A DNA stretch of 64,000 nt from an uncultured Candidatus Binatia bacterium (GCA_958295985.1 OY282432.1:3928517-3992516); one strand, 5' to 3'; shown: positions 1 to 9,838, counted from the first letter of the stretch. Numbers and translations: made by a program. Notes: generated by a model not told the origin, from the sequence alone.

Positions 1-661
1 TCAGGGCGGAGGTGATCTGGCGCGGCTCCCAGGACCAGTAGGTGCCCCATTGCGCGTGCGCCCACACGCTGCCCGTGAGGATACCCAGGGTCATGAACGG
101 AAAGCCCCATACCAGGAAGATCTTGTTGAGGCGGTCCAGCGTCTCGAGAGCCGGCACGGAACGGCTCAAGCCGGTCATCCGCTTGTTCTTGAGCTGGCGC
201 CGGAGCAGCAGATAGACCACGCTCACGGCAAACGCCAGGGCGAAGACCGCGTTGCCCAGCAACGCCAGGGTCACGTGCAGCGGCAGCCAATAGGTCAACA
301 ACGCGGGCGGGGTTTCCAGGCCGGGGTCTCCCAGGGCAATGGACCGCAGGGACATGAGGAACGCCAGCGGCGCGACGAACCCCCCCAGGATGGGAAGCCG
401 ATACTTGAGCTGCACCGTGAGGTACACGCCCACCATCAGCCAACCGTAGAACGAGAGCGTGGCGGAGGTCTGCGCGAGCGCCGGAAAGCCGGCGTCATGG
501 AACAGGAGCGTGAACTTGGCGGCATGGCCGGCGAAACCGGCCAGCAGGAGACCCTGGCCCGCGCGGGAAAAGGACTCCCGCGGGTAGAACAGGTACAGGA
601 TGAACGCGCCCGTCGCCAGAAGGTAGAATCCAGCCGTGGCCTGGAGAAGGCTCTGGTACAT
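1..661 (-). CDS. Cytochrome c biogenesis / heme-handling membrane protein, CcsA(ResC)-like; 5' part only, the 3' end runs off the left edge
   Basis: Absent from the ORF track because there is no stop in the window. Hand translation from ATG 661..659 gives MYQSLLQATAGFYLLATGAFILYLFYP..., hydrophobic throughout. Near the edge it reads ...SVWAHAQWGTYWSWEPRQITSAL, the Trp-rich WGxxWxW(D/E)P heme-handling motif of CcsA/CcmC-type proteins. Confidence 0.6.
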   Translation of the reverse strand, partial: MYQSLLQATAGFYLLATGAFILYLFYPRESFSRAGQGLLLAGFAGHAAKFTLLFHDAGFPALAQTSATLSFYGWLMVGVYLTVQLKYRLPILGGFVAPLAFLMSLRSIALGDPGLETPPALLTYWLPLHVTLALLGNAVFALAFAVSVVYLLLRRQLKNKRMTGLSRSVPALETLDRLNKIFLVWGFPFMTLGILTGSVWAHAQWGTYWSWEPRQITSAL

Positions 662-750
662 AAGCTCCGGCCATTATATCGCATCGGCCGTGCAAGCCCT
701 AGCGTGGCGGCGAGAGGTGGCGGGCGGGTTTCAGACCCGCCCGCGTTCCG

Positions 751-2154
751 TCAGGACTGGGTCCCGGGTATTCTGAGGCGCTGTCCGGCGCGGATCCGGT
801 TCCGGTTGCGGATGGCGTTGGCACGTTGGATGGCAGCCGGCGACACCTGGTAGCGGTCGGCGATGGTGGAAAGCGTTTCGCCCCGGCGCACGCGGTGATA
901 CACCCGCCGTTTCGTAGCTCCCCTCTTCACCGACCGGCTTGGAGACGAACCGCCAGGGATCTCGAGCCGCTGTCCCACCCGCAATCGATGGGCACTCCTC
1001 AAGCCGTTGATCGACTGGATCGCGCTCGCCGATGTGCCATAGGCTCTTGCAATTTCGGAGAGCGTATCGCCTCGGCTGACCACGTGGTACGGAAACGACG
1101 GCAACCGGCCGACGCCCGCCAATGCCTTGCGAAGCCATTGGCCCTGCAGTTCCGGCGCCTTCAGCCGATAGCCTGCCGGTATCCACGTGGCGCGCCGGCT
1201 CAGGGCCGGATTCCAGGTCAGCAACTCGGCTCGGGACACCCGGCTGTGGCGGAGCAACGACGACAGCGCCACGCGCTTGGTGAGGCTGATCTCGTCGAGC
1301 CGCACGAGTTGATCGAACCGGACGTGAGGCAGGTGCCGCTCGAGGTCGCGCATGATGTGCACGGCCGCGAGAAACTCCGCGTAGAAGTTCTTGGACGCGA
1401 ACTTGAAGGTGCGCCCGCGGTAACGGCGTATGATGGTGACGATGTCCCGGGTGCCCAGTCTGCGCACCGCCCTGCTCATACCCGCGCGCCCGTGGTTGTA
1501 GGCGGTCACCGCCAGCGGCCAGGTCCCGAGCTCCCGGTAGTTGTCCTGCAGCAAACGGGCGGCCGCCCGGGTCGCCTCCAGCGGATCCCTGCGTTCGTCC
1601 AGCAACCGCGTCACGCGCATGTATCGACGTCCGGTACTCGGCATGAACTGCCACATGCCCACGGCGCCGCGGAACGAGCGCGCGTCGTTCCTGAACGAGG
1701 ACTCGACCAGCGGCAGGTAGGTCAACTCCACCGGTAGCCCGCGGGCGGAGAAGATCTTGCGCATATGCGCCATGTAACGCCCGGACCGTCGCACCCCGGC
1801 TGCGAAACGCTCGCTGATACCGCGCTGCGCCTTGATCCGGTGCGACGGGATGCCGCGACGCATGAGTTGCGCGCGCACGGAACGCACCACCCGCCGTGCC
1901 CTGGCGCCCTCCCTGCTCTCGACCACTCGGTGTATCTTCGACATATTCGTGGGGTCGAAGAACACCAGTTGAGTCGAGTCGTAATCGAGAAAGATCGCCT
2001 TCCAGAACTTGACCGCGGGCTCGAGCCCCTTGGGGACGGCGAACGGATCCACTGCCGTTGCAACAGGGCCACGGGCCAGCGCGACCGGAGTAACAGGCAG
2101 ACCACTGAAAAAGAGGAACAGGAGCCCCGCGAGACCGACGAAGCAGCGCGTCAT
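751..2154 (-). CDS. mltD: Membrane-bound lytic murein transglycosylase (SLT domain + two LysM repeats), MltD-like
   Basis: ORF 751..2223. The internal Met at 2154 gives a signal-like N-terminus, MTRCFVGLAGLLFLFFSGLPVTPVALA. The SLT core reads ...LPLVESSFRNDARSFRGAVGMWQFMPSTG.... Two C-terminal LysM repeats follow (HVVSRGDTLSEIARAYG..., YHRVRRGETLSTIADRYQV...). Confidence 0.85.
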   Translation of the reverse strand: MTRCFVGLAGLLFLFFSGLPVTPVALARGPVATAVDPFAVPKGLEPAVKFWKAIFLDYDSTQLVFFDPTNMSKIHRVVESREGARARRVVRSVRAQLMRRGIPSHRIKAQRGISERFAAGVRRSGRYMAHMRKIFSARGLPVELTYLPLVESSFRNDARSFRGAVGMWQFMPSTGRRYMRVTRLLDERRDPLEATRAAARLLQDNYRELGTWPLAVTAYNHGRAGMSRAVRRLGTRDIVTIIRRYRGRTFKFASKNFYAEFLAAVHIMRDLERHLPHVRFDQLVRLDEISLTKRVALSSLLRHSRVSRAELLTWNPALSRRATWIPAGYRLKAPELQGQWLRKALAGVGRLPSFPYHVVSRGDTLSEIARAYGTSASAIQSINGLRSAHRLRVGQRLEIPGGSSPSRSVKRGATKRRVYHRVRRGETLSTIADRYQVSPAAIQRANAIRNRNRIRAGQRLRIPGTQS

Positions 2155-2250
2155 ACAGAATCCCCTTAAAAACATCGGCTTAAGGTATCCGATGTAAACC
2201 TCGTTGTCAACTTTTCCCTGCACAGGGCTTGTAAAAGGTTCCTGCGCGGC

Positions 2251-3345
2251 TCATTCACCGTAAAAATTCCGGGCATTTTCCCCGAGAATCCTGGTTTTCG
2301 CGGATTCCGACAGGTCGTTCCGCTGCCGGAGCAGGTCCACGGTGCCCTCGGTGCGGTCCCCGTGGGGATAATCCGAGGAGTAGAGCAGCTTGTCCTCGCC
2401 GATCTCATCGATGACCCGGCCCAGCCCCGGTTCGTTCCCTTCGCAGCCGAAGAATATCCGGCCCGAGTCCAGCAACTCCACCGGCTTTTGCGAGATCACC
2501 TCCGCGGCCCGGTAGACGGGGCTCTCGTAGTGTTCGTCCATTCGCTCCACGAACGACGCCACCCAGTTGCAACCCCCTTCCAGAAAGGCGAAGCGGAGGC
2601 GCGGGTAGCGGTCCATCAGACCGGTGCACAGCACACTGGTAAAGCCGGCCATGATGGGGAACAATCCCGCCAGCACACGGGTGGGAAAGAAATGGACGAA
2701 CAGGTCGCTGACGCCGGGGAACTCGTAACTGAAATGCACGGCTACGGGCAATGCCGCCTCGTGGGCCGCGGCAAAGAAGACCTCGTGCCCGGGGTGAGCC
2801 AACGCCCGCTCGCCCACGGTGCCGTTGACCATGACCGCGGACAACCCCAACTCCCGGATGCGAACGACTTCCCGGGCCGCTCCCGCCGGGTCGGCCAGAC
2901 ACACGAGGCCGACGCCCTTCAACCGGTCCGGCGCCTCCCGGCACACCTCCGCGAGCCAAGTGTTGTATGCGCGGCTCACCTCGTTGCCCAACACGCCGTC
3001 CGTCCAGGAATTGATGTGCAGGAGATAGCTGGGATAGAGGTACTGGACGTCGATGTTCTCCTTGTCCAGATCCTCGAGCCGCTCCGCCACGTTGGAGAGC
3101 ACCTGGCTCCCCACGGACGCGCGGCGGCTCTTTCCGACCTTGCCACCCGGGGGAGCCGCCGTACCGGGGTTGCGCGCTCCGGGTTGTCCCGGACGGCGAT
3201 AACGCGTCGCCCCGTCGGCGACCCAGAAGCTGTGGCCTTCGTCGTCGGTGATGAGTCTCGGCCGATACGCGCGAAAATCCGGCGCCATGTACTTCTGAAA
3301 CACGGCCTCGGTTTCGAACAGGTGACCGTCGGCGTCAATGACCAA
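2251..3345 (-). CDS. Amidohydrolase-2 family metal-dependent hydrolase/decarboxylase
   Basis: ORF 2251..3528. The first ~60 aa are Arg-rich and overlap the upstream gene. TTG at 3345..3343 gives (M)VIDADGHLFE..., the usual N-terminus of this family. The C-terminal ...LYSSDYPHGD...ILGENARNFY motif is present. The start is uncertain. Confidence 0.8.
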   Translation of the reverse strand: MVIDADGHLFETEAVFQKYMAPDFRAYRPRLITDDEGHSFWVADGATRYRRPGQPGARNPGTAAPPGGKVGKSRRASVGSQVLSNVAERLEDLDKENIDVQYLYPSYLLHINSWTDGVLGNEVSRAYNTWLAEVCREAPDRLKGVGLVCLADPAGAAREVVRIRELGLSAVMVNGTVGERALAHPGHEVFFAAAHEAALPVAVHFSYEFPGVSDLFVHFFPTRVLAGLFPIMAGFTSVLCTGLMDRYPRLRFAFLEGGCNWVASFVERMDEHYESPVYRAAEVISQKPVELLDSGRIFFGCEGNEPGLGRVIDEIGEDKLLYSSDYPHGDRTEGTVDLLRQRNDLSESAKTRILGENARNFYGE

Positions 3346-3368
3346 CGAAGGCCCCGCCCCGCTTGGAA

Positions 3369-3998
3369 CTATTCGAACTCGAACGGTATCTGCGTCGGCC
3401 CGTACCCCTGCCAGTACTTGCTGGTTTCCGGGTCGTATCGGCCCTGGAGGAAGCCGCCGGGCTTCTCGGCACGCACGATGATGGCGACGGTGCGCTCCTC
3501 GCCGCTCTCTTCGGCGTGGATCTGCCACGGGCGCACGAGATCGATCTTGCCGGGCCCCACCTGAGCGTTCTCCGACTTTCGAACTTCCGCGTAGTCCGGC
3601 TTGGAGCCGTCGTCCAGGCGCTCGTAGCGCTCGATGGTTTCGTGCCCGTCCAGAACCCCGTACAGGGTCCAGTTGTGCGCGTGGTCGTGGATGTTGGTGC
3701 GGGTTCCCGGCGCCTTGACCAGTCCGTTGATGACGAACCCGTGATCCGGGTCCTCATAGAGAAGAAGGTTCTGGGCCTGCGGCCCGCCCTCGGTAAGCCC
3801 TCCCTGATCACAGGACGGCCACTTCCCGGACTGTGCCTTCACGCCGGCATCCGCCAGCAGTTCGCTCAAAAGAGGCCCCATCTTCTGCCAGCGCTTGTCG
3901 GTGTCCGGCTCGTCTGCATAGAGTTGTCGGGCGGCCGCGATGAATCGTTTGGCGGCCGACGGCTCCGTTTCCTGGATCGGCATGGGACGTGCACTCAT
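3369..3998 (-). CDS. Cupin-fold metalloprotein (cysteine-dioxygenase-type-I-like)
   Basis: Lies inside ORF 3369..4391. ATG at 3998 is preceded by GGAGGAAAGA, giving MSARPMPIQETEP.... The stretch ...GTRTNIHDHAHNWTLYGVLDGHETIERY... resembles the metal-binding strand of CDO-like cupins. Confidence 0.6.
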   Translation of the reverse strand: MSARPMPIQETEPSAAKRFIAAARQLYADEPDTDKRWQKMGPLLSELLADAGVKAQSGKWPSCDQGGLTEGGPQAQNLLLYEDPDHGFVINGLVKAPGTRTNIHDHAHNWTLYGVLDGHETIERYERLDDGSKPDYAEVRKSENAQVGPGKIDLVRPWQIHAEESGEERTVAIIVRAEKPGGFLQGRYDPETSKYWQGYGPTQIPFEFE

Positions 3999-4086
3999 GG
4001 TCTTTCCTCCCTTTGGTTCCCGGGTTTGTGGCTTGCGTGGACGGGTCGCCCAACTCGTGGAAAGTATCCGAGGAACCGGCGCCCTG

Positions 4087-5022
4087 TCAACCTGAACCGG
4101 CGCCCTTGACCAATTGTACCCGGCTCGTGTCGCGCAACTTGTCGAACCGGTCCCGGTCCACCTCGAAGTAATGGGGCTGTGCGGAACTCTTGAGGATATA
4201 GTGATCGCCGTCCTCCGGGGACACCACCGTATGCTCGACGGTGGATCCTTCCTTCGTCTCGATGGTGTACTCCAGGACTGGCTTCCCGGCGTTGAAGAGC
4301 GCCTTGCCGTCCCTGGAAAGGACGTCCTTGAAACCTGTCTCCGCAACCCGCTCCACGAGCTGCCGCACCGGCTCGGCATCGGTCTCTTCATTCTCCCGCA
4401 GCCCCTCGACCTGGAACCCCCCGTCCCCGGCCTTCAACGCATAAACCCCCAAGTCGATACGCGCGATATCCTCCACCGCGGTCTTCAGGACCTCGGTGTC
4501 ATACCACCGGCCGGCATCCACAGGGGCATCGAAAGCATTGAAGTCGATGGCGTAGGTATGCTCGTCGCCGTCGAGACGCGCGTGGACCTTGCGGAATCCC
4601 GGAGATGAGCCCAGGAAGACGTCACCGAGGACATCGGTTCCGCGGAGGAGCCTCACCCGCCGCTCGAATCGATCCGGGGTTACCTTGAACTGCCTGGCGG
4701 CCACCGCGGTCTTGCCCACCGGCCAGGATCGTCTGGCGCCGAGAAGCTTCTCGGTGAACTCCTCGAACTTCGCGGACGAAACCGGAAAGTCACCCTTTTC
4801 AGGGAGGACCCAGCCGGCATCCTTGCGCGCCAGGTGCAACCGCGCTTCGCCCATTTGCTCGATGGTCACGGTATCCACGCTCCCCGCGTCGAGGGACAGC
4901 AGCTTCCTGTCCGCCTCGAAAGCGCCGGGGTCGTCTCCCGGGAGGTTGACCCAGGCCACGAGCCCGGCCTGAAGGACCAACAACAGCAACAAGAGCTTGA
5001 TCGATCGGCTCACTCGAAACAC
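4087..5022 (-). CDS. DUF4340-like periplasmic protein, partner of GldG-type ABC systems
   Basis: ORF 311 aa with an N-terminal TM/signal (MFRVSRSIKLLLLLLVLQAGLVAWV). It sits directly downstream of the ABC-2/GldG gene, which is the usual context for DUF4340. The family call is from memory of that context, not from a search. Confidence 0.55.
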   Translation of the reverse strand: MFRVSRSIKLLLLLLVLQAGLVAWVNLPGDDPGAFEADRKLLSLDAGSVDTVTIEQMGEARLHLARKDAGWVLPEKGDFPVSSAKFEEFTEKLLGARRSWPVGKTAVAARQFKVTPDRFERRVRLLRGTDVLGDVFLGSSPGFRKVHARLDGDEHTYAIDFNAFDAPVDAGRWYDTEVLKTAVEDIARIDLGVYALKAGDGGFQVEGLRENEETDAEPVRQLVERVAETGFKDVLSRDGKALFNAGKPVLEYTIETKEGSTVEHTVVSPEDGDHYILKSSAQPHYFEVDRDRFDKLRDTSRVQLVKGAGSG

Positions 5023-5118
5023 CCTTCCACTTTACGGCCTCGTCTGCTGACGGACGCATCGGCCGGCAGCGCAATGCGGGCACGGGCAGCTTTGAAACCC
5101 GCCCCTGCCAGTGTCCCG

Positions 5119-8019
5119 TCAGGCCGCCAGCATCCTGTGGTAACGGTCCCGCAGACGGCGCAGATGATAACGGTGGGCGCCGTAGATCAACGCCAGACCC
5201 ACCAACACGATGGCGTAGTTCAGATACTCCCAGAACGCCTTCTGCTCGCGCGTCATGGGCACGAGCGTTCGCGCGAAGTGTGCACGGCTCCGAATCGACA
5301 GCAGCGCGCGGTCCTCCAATGCCCAGTCCACCACGTTCTCCAGGAACTGCAACGAGTTGACGAACCGGTCGTTGGCCGCGGCACGGGAGAGTTGCAGCGT
5401 CTGGTCGGTGAACGCTTCATTGGACCCGATGAGGATGAGGCGGGCCGATTCCGGCGACTTGTCGATCATACCGGTCACCACCGGCACATCTTCTTCCGCG
5501 GGAGCCTGGGCCTCTTCACCGCTCGAAGGCGCCGGCTTCTCTTCACCCTCTTCCCTGGCCAGCAGCGGCGATTCCCTGCCCGTGTAGTAGGAGCGGAAGA
5601 CCCCCTCCACCACCGCGGCCAGCACGTGACCCTGGGGCTGGCCCTCCTTCTCGAACCCGAGCTTGGGATGGACCTTGTAGTCGGGATGCACCTTCAGGGA
5701 GTCCGACACCCAGGAGGCGTCGGAGCTCGTGAGCAGCGGCGTGGTTGTGGTGGCACCGGGCTCGTCGTCGGGAAGCGTGAGCGGCGAAGCCCAGCTCACG
5801 GTCAACTGCGGCAGTCTGGCGGTAATGGGGTTATCCTGGTTGAGGCCCGCGCCCCTGACGTCCACGAAATAGGGGTACGGCACGAGCTGGAGCTCGCGGA
5901 CCGTGAAAGCGCCCGCCTTCCGGTTCACGAATACCGGGAAAGGCTCGTTGCGCGGATCCAGCACCAAGGTCTTCCGGACGGTCACGCCGTAGTGCTCCAG
6001 CAGCGGCTCCAGACCGGAGGTGTACCGGGAGGCGGCCAAGCCGGCTGGGGTGCGCGCCACGGTATAGGGCGAGGTCAACAAGGCCACGGAGCCGCCCTTC
6101 ATGAGGAATTGATCCACGGCGAACTGCTGCTTCGGCGTCAGTTCCCTGGGAGCCGCGAGCAACAGCAAATCGACGTTTTCCGGCACCAGCCCGGACTTCA
6201 GGTCCACTTCCGCGATGCGATAGTTCTCCTGCAGTTTTTGCGCCAGAATGCGGAACTGCCTGTCCGGTGGCCGGGGAGGCGTTCCCGGTTGTCGGGGTTC
6301 CGGCGGCGGGGAATGGAAACCGACGGTCTTGATGAACCCCGGAGCGAACCGCCGCAGCGCTGCCTCCACGCTCCGCCGGGCGGCCTCCTGGCTCAGCTTC
6401 CCGGGCATGGGCACCTGCACGGTCGTGCCGTTGTTCTCCATGACCATGTAGAAGTAGAACCGTTTCGGATCGAAGGGTCCCGCGGCCATGGGCCGGAAGC
6501 CGTACTGGTCGGCAAGTTGCCTGGCCACCGCGGCGCCCTTGGCCTCGGGATCGATGATCTCGTACTCGAACTTTCCTCCGGACTCCTTGCGGAGTTCCTT
6601 CAAAGACGCCGTCAACTGCGATCTGAAGAGCGCAATGGACTTCGGCAGCTTGTCTTCCGAGGAGATGTACCCCCGGAAGTCCACCGGGCGATCGATGCCG
6701 GCGAAGAGCGCTCCGATGTCCTGAAAGCCGTACAGCACCTTCTTGATGCCTCGGGCGAGGTCGTACTCGAGGTTCCGCAAGCGAACTTCCGTTCCCGTCC
6801 GCCCCGCCTGCATCTCGATGAGGTCCGTGAACCGCAGTACTTCGTGCTTGTCGCCGTACCGGAGCAGCAGGTCGAAGTAGGAGTTGACCAGCGAGGTTTG
6901 ATAGCGGTCGGCGGTCCGGAACGGGATAGGACGGATGGCGTAGCGCTGGTTGGCCTCCTCCTCCAGATCGGGCTCCTCCCGGGGATCCACGAACTCGGCG
7001 CGCACCCGGCCGCCGCTGATGGACTCGATCTCGCGAATGGTATCCCGGATCCGGGGCACCAGCGGCGCCAGCACCGGATGGGTCCGGGCGCTGAAATAAC
7101 CCCGGATCAGCAGCGGCTCCTGCAACTGGCCGATGAGGTCGCGCGTTGCCCGCGAGATGGAATAGTCCCTTCCCTCGGTGAGGTCCGCGCGCGCCGTGAT
7201 GCCGCGATGGAGCCAGAAGTTGGCCAGGACGAAGTTGAGTATGACCAGCGCCGTTACCGCCCGCCAGGCCCGGTGGCGCGTCTTTTGCCCCTGACTCGAC
7301 CATCTGAGCCGTTCGAGGGAGAATACATTCAGGGCCAGGAAGACGCCGACGACACTCACGTAGTAATAGATGTCCCGCAGGTCCAGGATGCCCCGGGTGA
7401 TGGACTCGAAACGGACGCCCGTGGCCGCCAGACCCAGGTATTCGGCCCAGCCGTGACCCACCAGGGAACCCAGTGTCAGGGAGCCCAGCAGATAGAGCAG
7501 AAAGCAGACTACGGTGGTAAGAATGAGGCTCGCGATCTGGCTGTCGTTCCTCGAGCTGATGTACAGGCCGATGGAGCAGTATGCGGCGGCCAGCAGCAAC
7601 GAGGCGGTGTAGGCTCCCAGCACCGGACCCCAGTCGAGCGGGCCCATGAACGAGACCGTTGCCGGGACCCCCACCGTCAGCACCAGCGCGATGGCCACCA
7701 GGCCCAGACAAGCCAGGAATTTGCCCAGCACGAGATGGAGCGTCTTGACCGGCATGGTGAAGAGGAACTCGAGGGTCTCCATGCGCCTCTCTTCGCTCCA
7801 CATCTTCATGGTCAGGGCCGCGCTGAGAAAGATGAGCAGGACCGGCATCCACTCGAACAACGGCCTCGCGTCGACGATGTTGCGCGCAAAGAACTGCTCG
7901 ACCCAGAAGAAGATGAACAGGCACACGGCCGAGAACGTCCCCAGGAAGATGAACGCCACCGGCGACGAGAAGTAGGTGGAAAATTCCTTCTTCGCGATGC
8001 TCCCGATGCTACCGGCCAT
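5119..8019 (-). CDS. ABC-2 type permease fused to a GldG-like (ABC-type uncharacterised transport system) domain
   Basis: ORF 966 aa. The N-terminal ~240 aa are a multi-TM ABC-2 permease (KKEFSTYFSSPVAFIFLGTF...MKMWSEERRMETLEFLFTMPV...). A large extracytoplasmic domain and a C-terminal TM follow. The gene abuts the ATPase gene: the 8022 stop is followed by the 8019 start. Confidence 0.8.
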   Translation of the reverse strand: MAGSIGSIAKKEFSTYFSSPVAFIFLGTFSAVCLFIFFWVEQFFARNIVDARPLFEWMPVLLIFLSAALTMKMWSEERRMETLEFLFTMPVKTLHLVLGKFLACLGLVAIALVLTVGVPATVSFMGPLDWGPVLGAYTASLLLAAAYCSIGLYISSRNDSQIASLILTTVVCFLLYLLGSLTLGSLVGHGWAEYLGLAATGVRFESITRGILDLRDIYYYVSVVGVFLALNVFSLERLRWSSQGQKTRHRAWRAVTALVILNFVLANFWLHRGITARADLTEGRDYSISRATRDLIGQLQEPLLIRGYFSARTHPVLAPLVPRIRDTIREIESISGGRVRAEFVDPREEPDLEEEANQRYAIRPIPFRTADRYQTSLVNSYFDLLLRYGDKHEVLRFTDLIEMQAGRTGTEVRLRNLEYDLARGIKKVLYGFQDIGALFAGIDRPVDFRGYISSEDKLPKSIALFRSQLTASLKELRKESGGKFEYEIIDPEAKGAAVARQLADQYGFRPMAAGPFDPKRFYFYMVMENNGTTVQVPMPGKLSQEAARRSVEAALRRFAPGFIKTVGFHSPPPEPRQPGTPPRPPDRQFRILAQKLQENYRIAEVDLKSGLVPENVDLLLLAAPRELTPKQQFAVDQFLMKGGSVALLTSPYTVARTPAGLAASRYTSGLEPLLEHYGVTVRKTLVLDPRNEPFPVFVNRKAGAFTVRELQLVPYPYFVDVRGAGLNQDNPITARLPQLTVSWASPLTLPDDEPGATTTTPLLTSSDASWVSDSLKVHPDYKVHPKLGFEKEGQPQGHVLAAVVEGVFRSYYTGRESPLLAREEGEEKPAPSSGEEAQAPAEEDVPVVTGMIDKSPESARLILIGSNEAFTDQTLQLSRAAANDRFVNSLQFLENVVDWALEDRALLSIRSRAHFARTLVPMTREQKAFWEYLNYAIVLVGLALIYGAHRYHLRRLRDRYHRMLAA

Positions 8020-8021
8020 GG

Positions 8022-8978
8022 CTACCCTTCTCTCCCACTTCCTTCGCGCCGACCTTCCTTCGCGCCCACCTCGCGGAACACGGTCTCCAGGGTGCGCGCC
8101 TCCTCGCTCATGCGATAGAGCTCCCAGCCCCCTTCGACGGCCGCCCTGGCAACGCCGGGCGCCACCGTCTCCGCCGGGGCTTCGAGCTCGAGGCCGTAGC
8201 TCGTCCCGCGCGGCCCGTCCGCGGCCGTAACCAGGCCCACTCCCGGGATCTCCCGGAGCCGTTCGGGCGCGTCGTCGGACGGGTTCCCGAGCCCTACCAC
8301 CAGCCGGTTGGACTGTTGCAGCTCACTCAACCGGGCATCCACCGCGATGCGTCCCTGCACCATGATGATGACCCGTTCGCAGACCGCCTCCACCTCCTGA
8401 AGGACGTGCGTGGAAACGATGATGGTCGCCTTTTGGCTCAAGTCGCTCACCAGCGACCGCATCTGAAAGATCTGCGTGGGGTCCAGACCGTTGGTGGGCT
8501 CATCGAGGATCAGGATCTCCGGCTCATGCACGATGGCCTGGGCCACTCCCAACCGCTGCTTGTAGCCCTTCGACAGCGTGGCCACCGGGTCCAGCGCCCG
8601 GTCCGTCAACCACGTCCGTTCCAGCGCCCGCTTGAGCACGGCCGGCCGGCCGGCGCGCGGAACCCCGCGCAGATCGGCCACGTACTCAAGGTAGCGCACC
8701 ACCGACATATCCGGATAAAGCGGAGCGTTTTCAGACAGATAGCCCAATTTGCGCTGGATGCTCAGACGTGCTTCGGAGAGTGGCATGCCGTCGATGACCA
8801 CCGACCCGGCGGTGGGCTCGATGTACCCCGTGAGCATCCGCATGATGGTGGTCTTTCCGGCGCCGTTGTGTCCCAGAAGACCGACGACCTCCCCTTTCCC
8901 GATGGAAAACGAGACATCGTCCACCGCCACCAGCTCACCATACTTTCGGGTGATACCCTCGACCTCGATCAACTGCAC
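8022..8978 (-). CDS. ABC transporter ATP-binding protein
   Basis: ORF 318 aa with Walker A GHNGAGKTT, signature LSKGYKQRL and Walker B ILILDEPTNGLD. Confidence 0.9.
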   Translation of the reverse strand: MQLIEVEGITRKYGELVAVDDVSFSIGKGEVVGLLGHNGAGKTTIMRMLTGYIEPTAGSVVIDGMPLSEARLSIQRKLGYLSENAPLYPDMSVVRYLEYVADLRGVPRAGRPAVLKRALERTWLTDRALDPVATLSKGYKQRLGVAQAIVHEPEILILDEPTNGLDPTQIFQMRSLVSDLSQKATIIVSTHVLQEVEAVCERVIIMVQGRIAVDARLSELQQSNRLVVGLGNPSDDAPERLREIPGVGLVTAADGPRGTSYGLELEAPAETVAPGVARAAVEGGWELYRMSEEARTLETVFREVGAKEGRREGSGREG

Positions 8979-9100
8979 CCTCCCGGCCCGGGTTGTTCGT
9001 GGGTTTCCCGGAATGAGATGGCCAAAATATTTAACAGATCAGACCTCGGGGCGCGAGTCGGGAATCACGCACTCTCGATGATGCCGATCAGCCGGCTGTT

Positions 9101-9141
9101 CTTGTACTTTAATCATATACTCTTGTACATTTAGAGTGTAC
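9101..9141 (+). promoter_or_regulatory. AT-rich promoter/operator region upstream of phd-vapC, with three TGTAC half-sites
   Basis: This is the only strongly AT-rich stretch in the first 16 kb. It contains cTTGTAC (9101-9107), cTTGTAC (9122-9128) and TGTAC (9137-9141). The last two form the inverted repeat GTACA-N7-TGTAC. The exact -35/-10 could not be fixed. Confidence 0.35.
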
Positions 9142-9165
9142 TTAATATAGGGAAAGGTGGACCTG

Positions 9166-9408
9166 ATGGCAAACATGATGGGAGCGGCGGAGTTCAAGGC
9201 GAAATGCCTTCGTATCATCAACCGGATGAACGAGGACCGTGAGCCGGTGACGATCACCAAGCGGGGACGACCGGTGGCGGTGCTGTCTCCCGTGCAGGCT
9301 CCGGGCGAAAGCCCGTCGATTATCGGCGCGATGCGGGGTTCGGTGCTGGCTTACCACGAGCCATTCCGGCCTGCGGCCGATCCCTCCGACTGGTCCGCCG
9401 CGGGATGA
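9166..9408 (+). CDS. phd: Type II antitoxin, Phd/YefM family
   Basis: ORF 9157..9408. ATG at 9166 follows AGGGAAAGG. The sequence MANMMGAAEFKAKCLRIINRMNEDREPVTITKRGRPVAVLSP is the typical Phd/YefM N-terminal fold signature. There is a 4-nt ATGA overlap with the PIN gene. Confidence 0.8.
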   Translation: MANMMGAAEFKAKCLRIINRMNEDREPVTITKRGRPVAVLSPVQAPGESPSIIGAMRGSVLAYHEPFRPAADPSDWSAAG

Positions 9409-9818
9409 TCGTACTCGACACTCATGCGTTGATCTGGATCGTCAACGACGACCCAGGGCTTGGGAGCACTGCCCGTACCGTGATCGACGACACGGTACGG
9501 ACCGACTTCGTGTTGGTCTCCGCCATCACCGCATGGGAGATCGCCCTGCTGGCCCAGAAGGGCCGCCTGTCTCTCGGACGTGAGGTCGGGGCCTGGATCA
9601 AAACGGCCCTCGCCCTGCCGGGAATAAGGCTCGCACCCATCGAGCCGGAGATCGCCGTGGACAGCGTGCGGTTGCCCGGCTCTTTTCACGCCGACCCTGC
9701 CGACCGGCTCATCGTCGCCACGGCCCGCCATTGGGACGCCCCGCTCCTGACTGCCGACGACGCCATCCTCGACTACGGCACTCGCGGACACGTCCGCACG
9801 GCCGACGCCACGAAATAA
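9405..9818 (+). CDS. vapC: PIN-domain ribonuclease toxin VapC
   Basis: ORF 137 aa reading MIVLDTHALIWIV...VSAITAWEIALL...DPADRLIVATARHWDAPLLTADDAI. The acidic PIN residues are in the expected places and the gene is coupled to phd. Confidence 0.85.
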   Translation: MIVLDTHALIWIVNDDPGLGSTARTVIDDTVRTDFVLVSAITAWEIALLAQKGRLSLGREVGAWIKTALALPGIRLAPIEPEIAVDSVRLPGSFHADPADRLIVATARHWDAPLLTADDAILDYGTRGHVRTADATK

Positions 9819-9838
9819 CGTCGATAACGTCGAACGTC
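9815..9838. repeat. Tandem direct repeat ATAACGTCG x2 plus a partial third copy (AACGTC)
   Basis: Read directly: 9815-9823 is ataacgtcg, 9824-9832 is ataacgtcg and 9833-9838 is aacgtc. It starts at the vapC stop codon, about 100 nt upstream of lexA. Confidence 0.7.

Noticed and set aside
50-853. 267-aa plus-strand ORF at the left edge
   Set aside because: It is antisense to the CcsA-like membrane protein and is Arg/Gln/Gly-rich, whereas the minus frame gives a clean hydrophobic protein with the Trp-rich heme motif.
4834-8118. 1094-aa plus-strand ORF, the longest in the track
   Set aside because: It is entirely antisense to the ABC-2/GldG and ABC ATPase genes. Its composition is Arg/Gly/His/Pro/Gln-rich with no motif. 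This is a typical shadow ORF of a high-G+C coding region.
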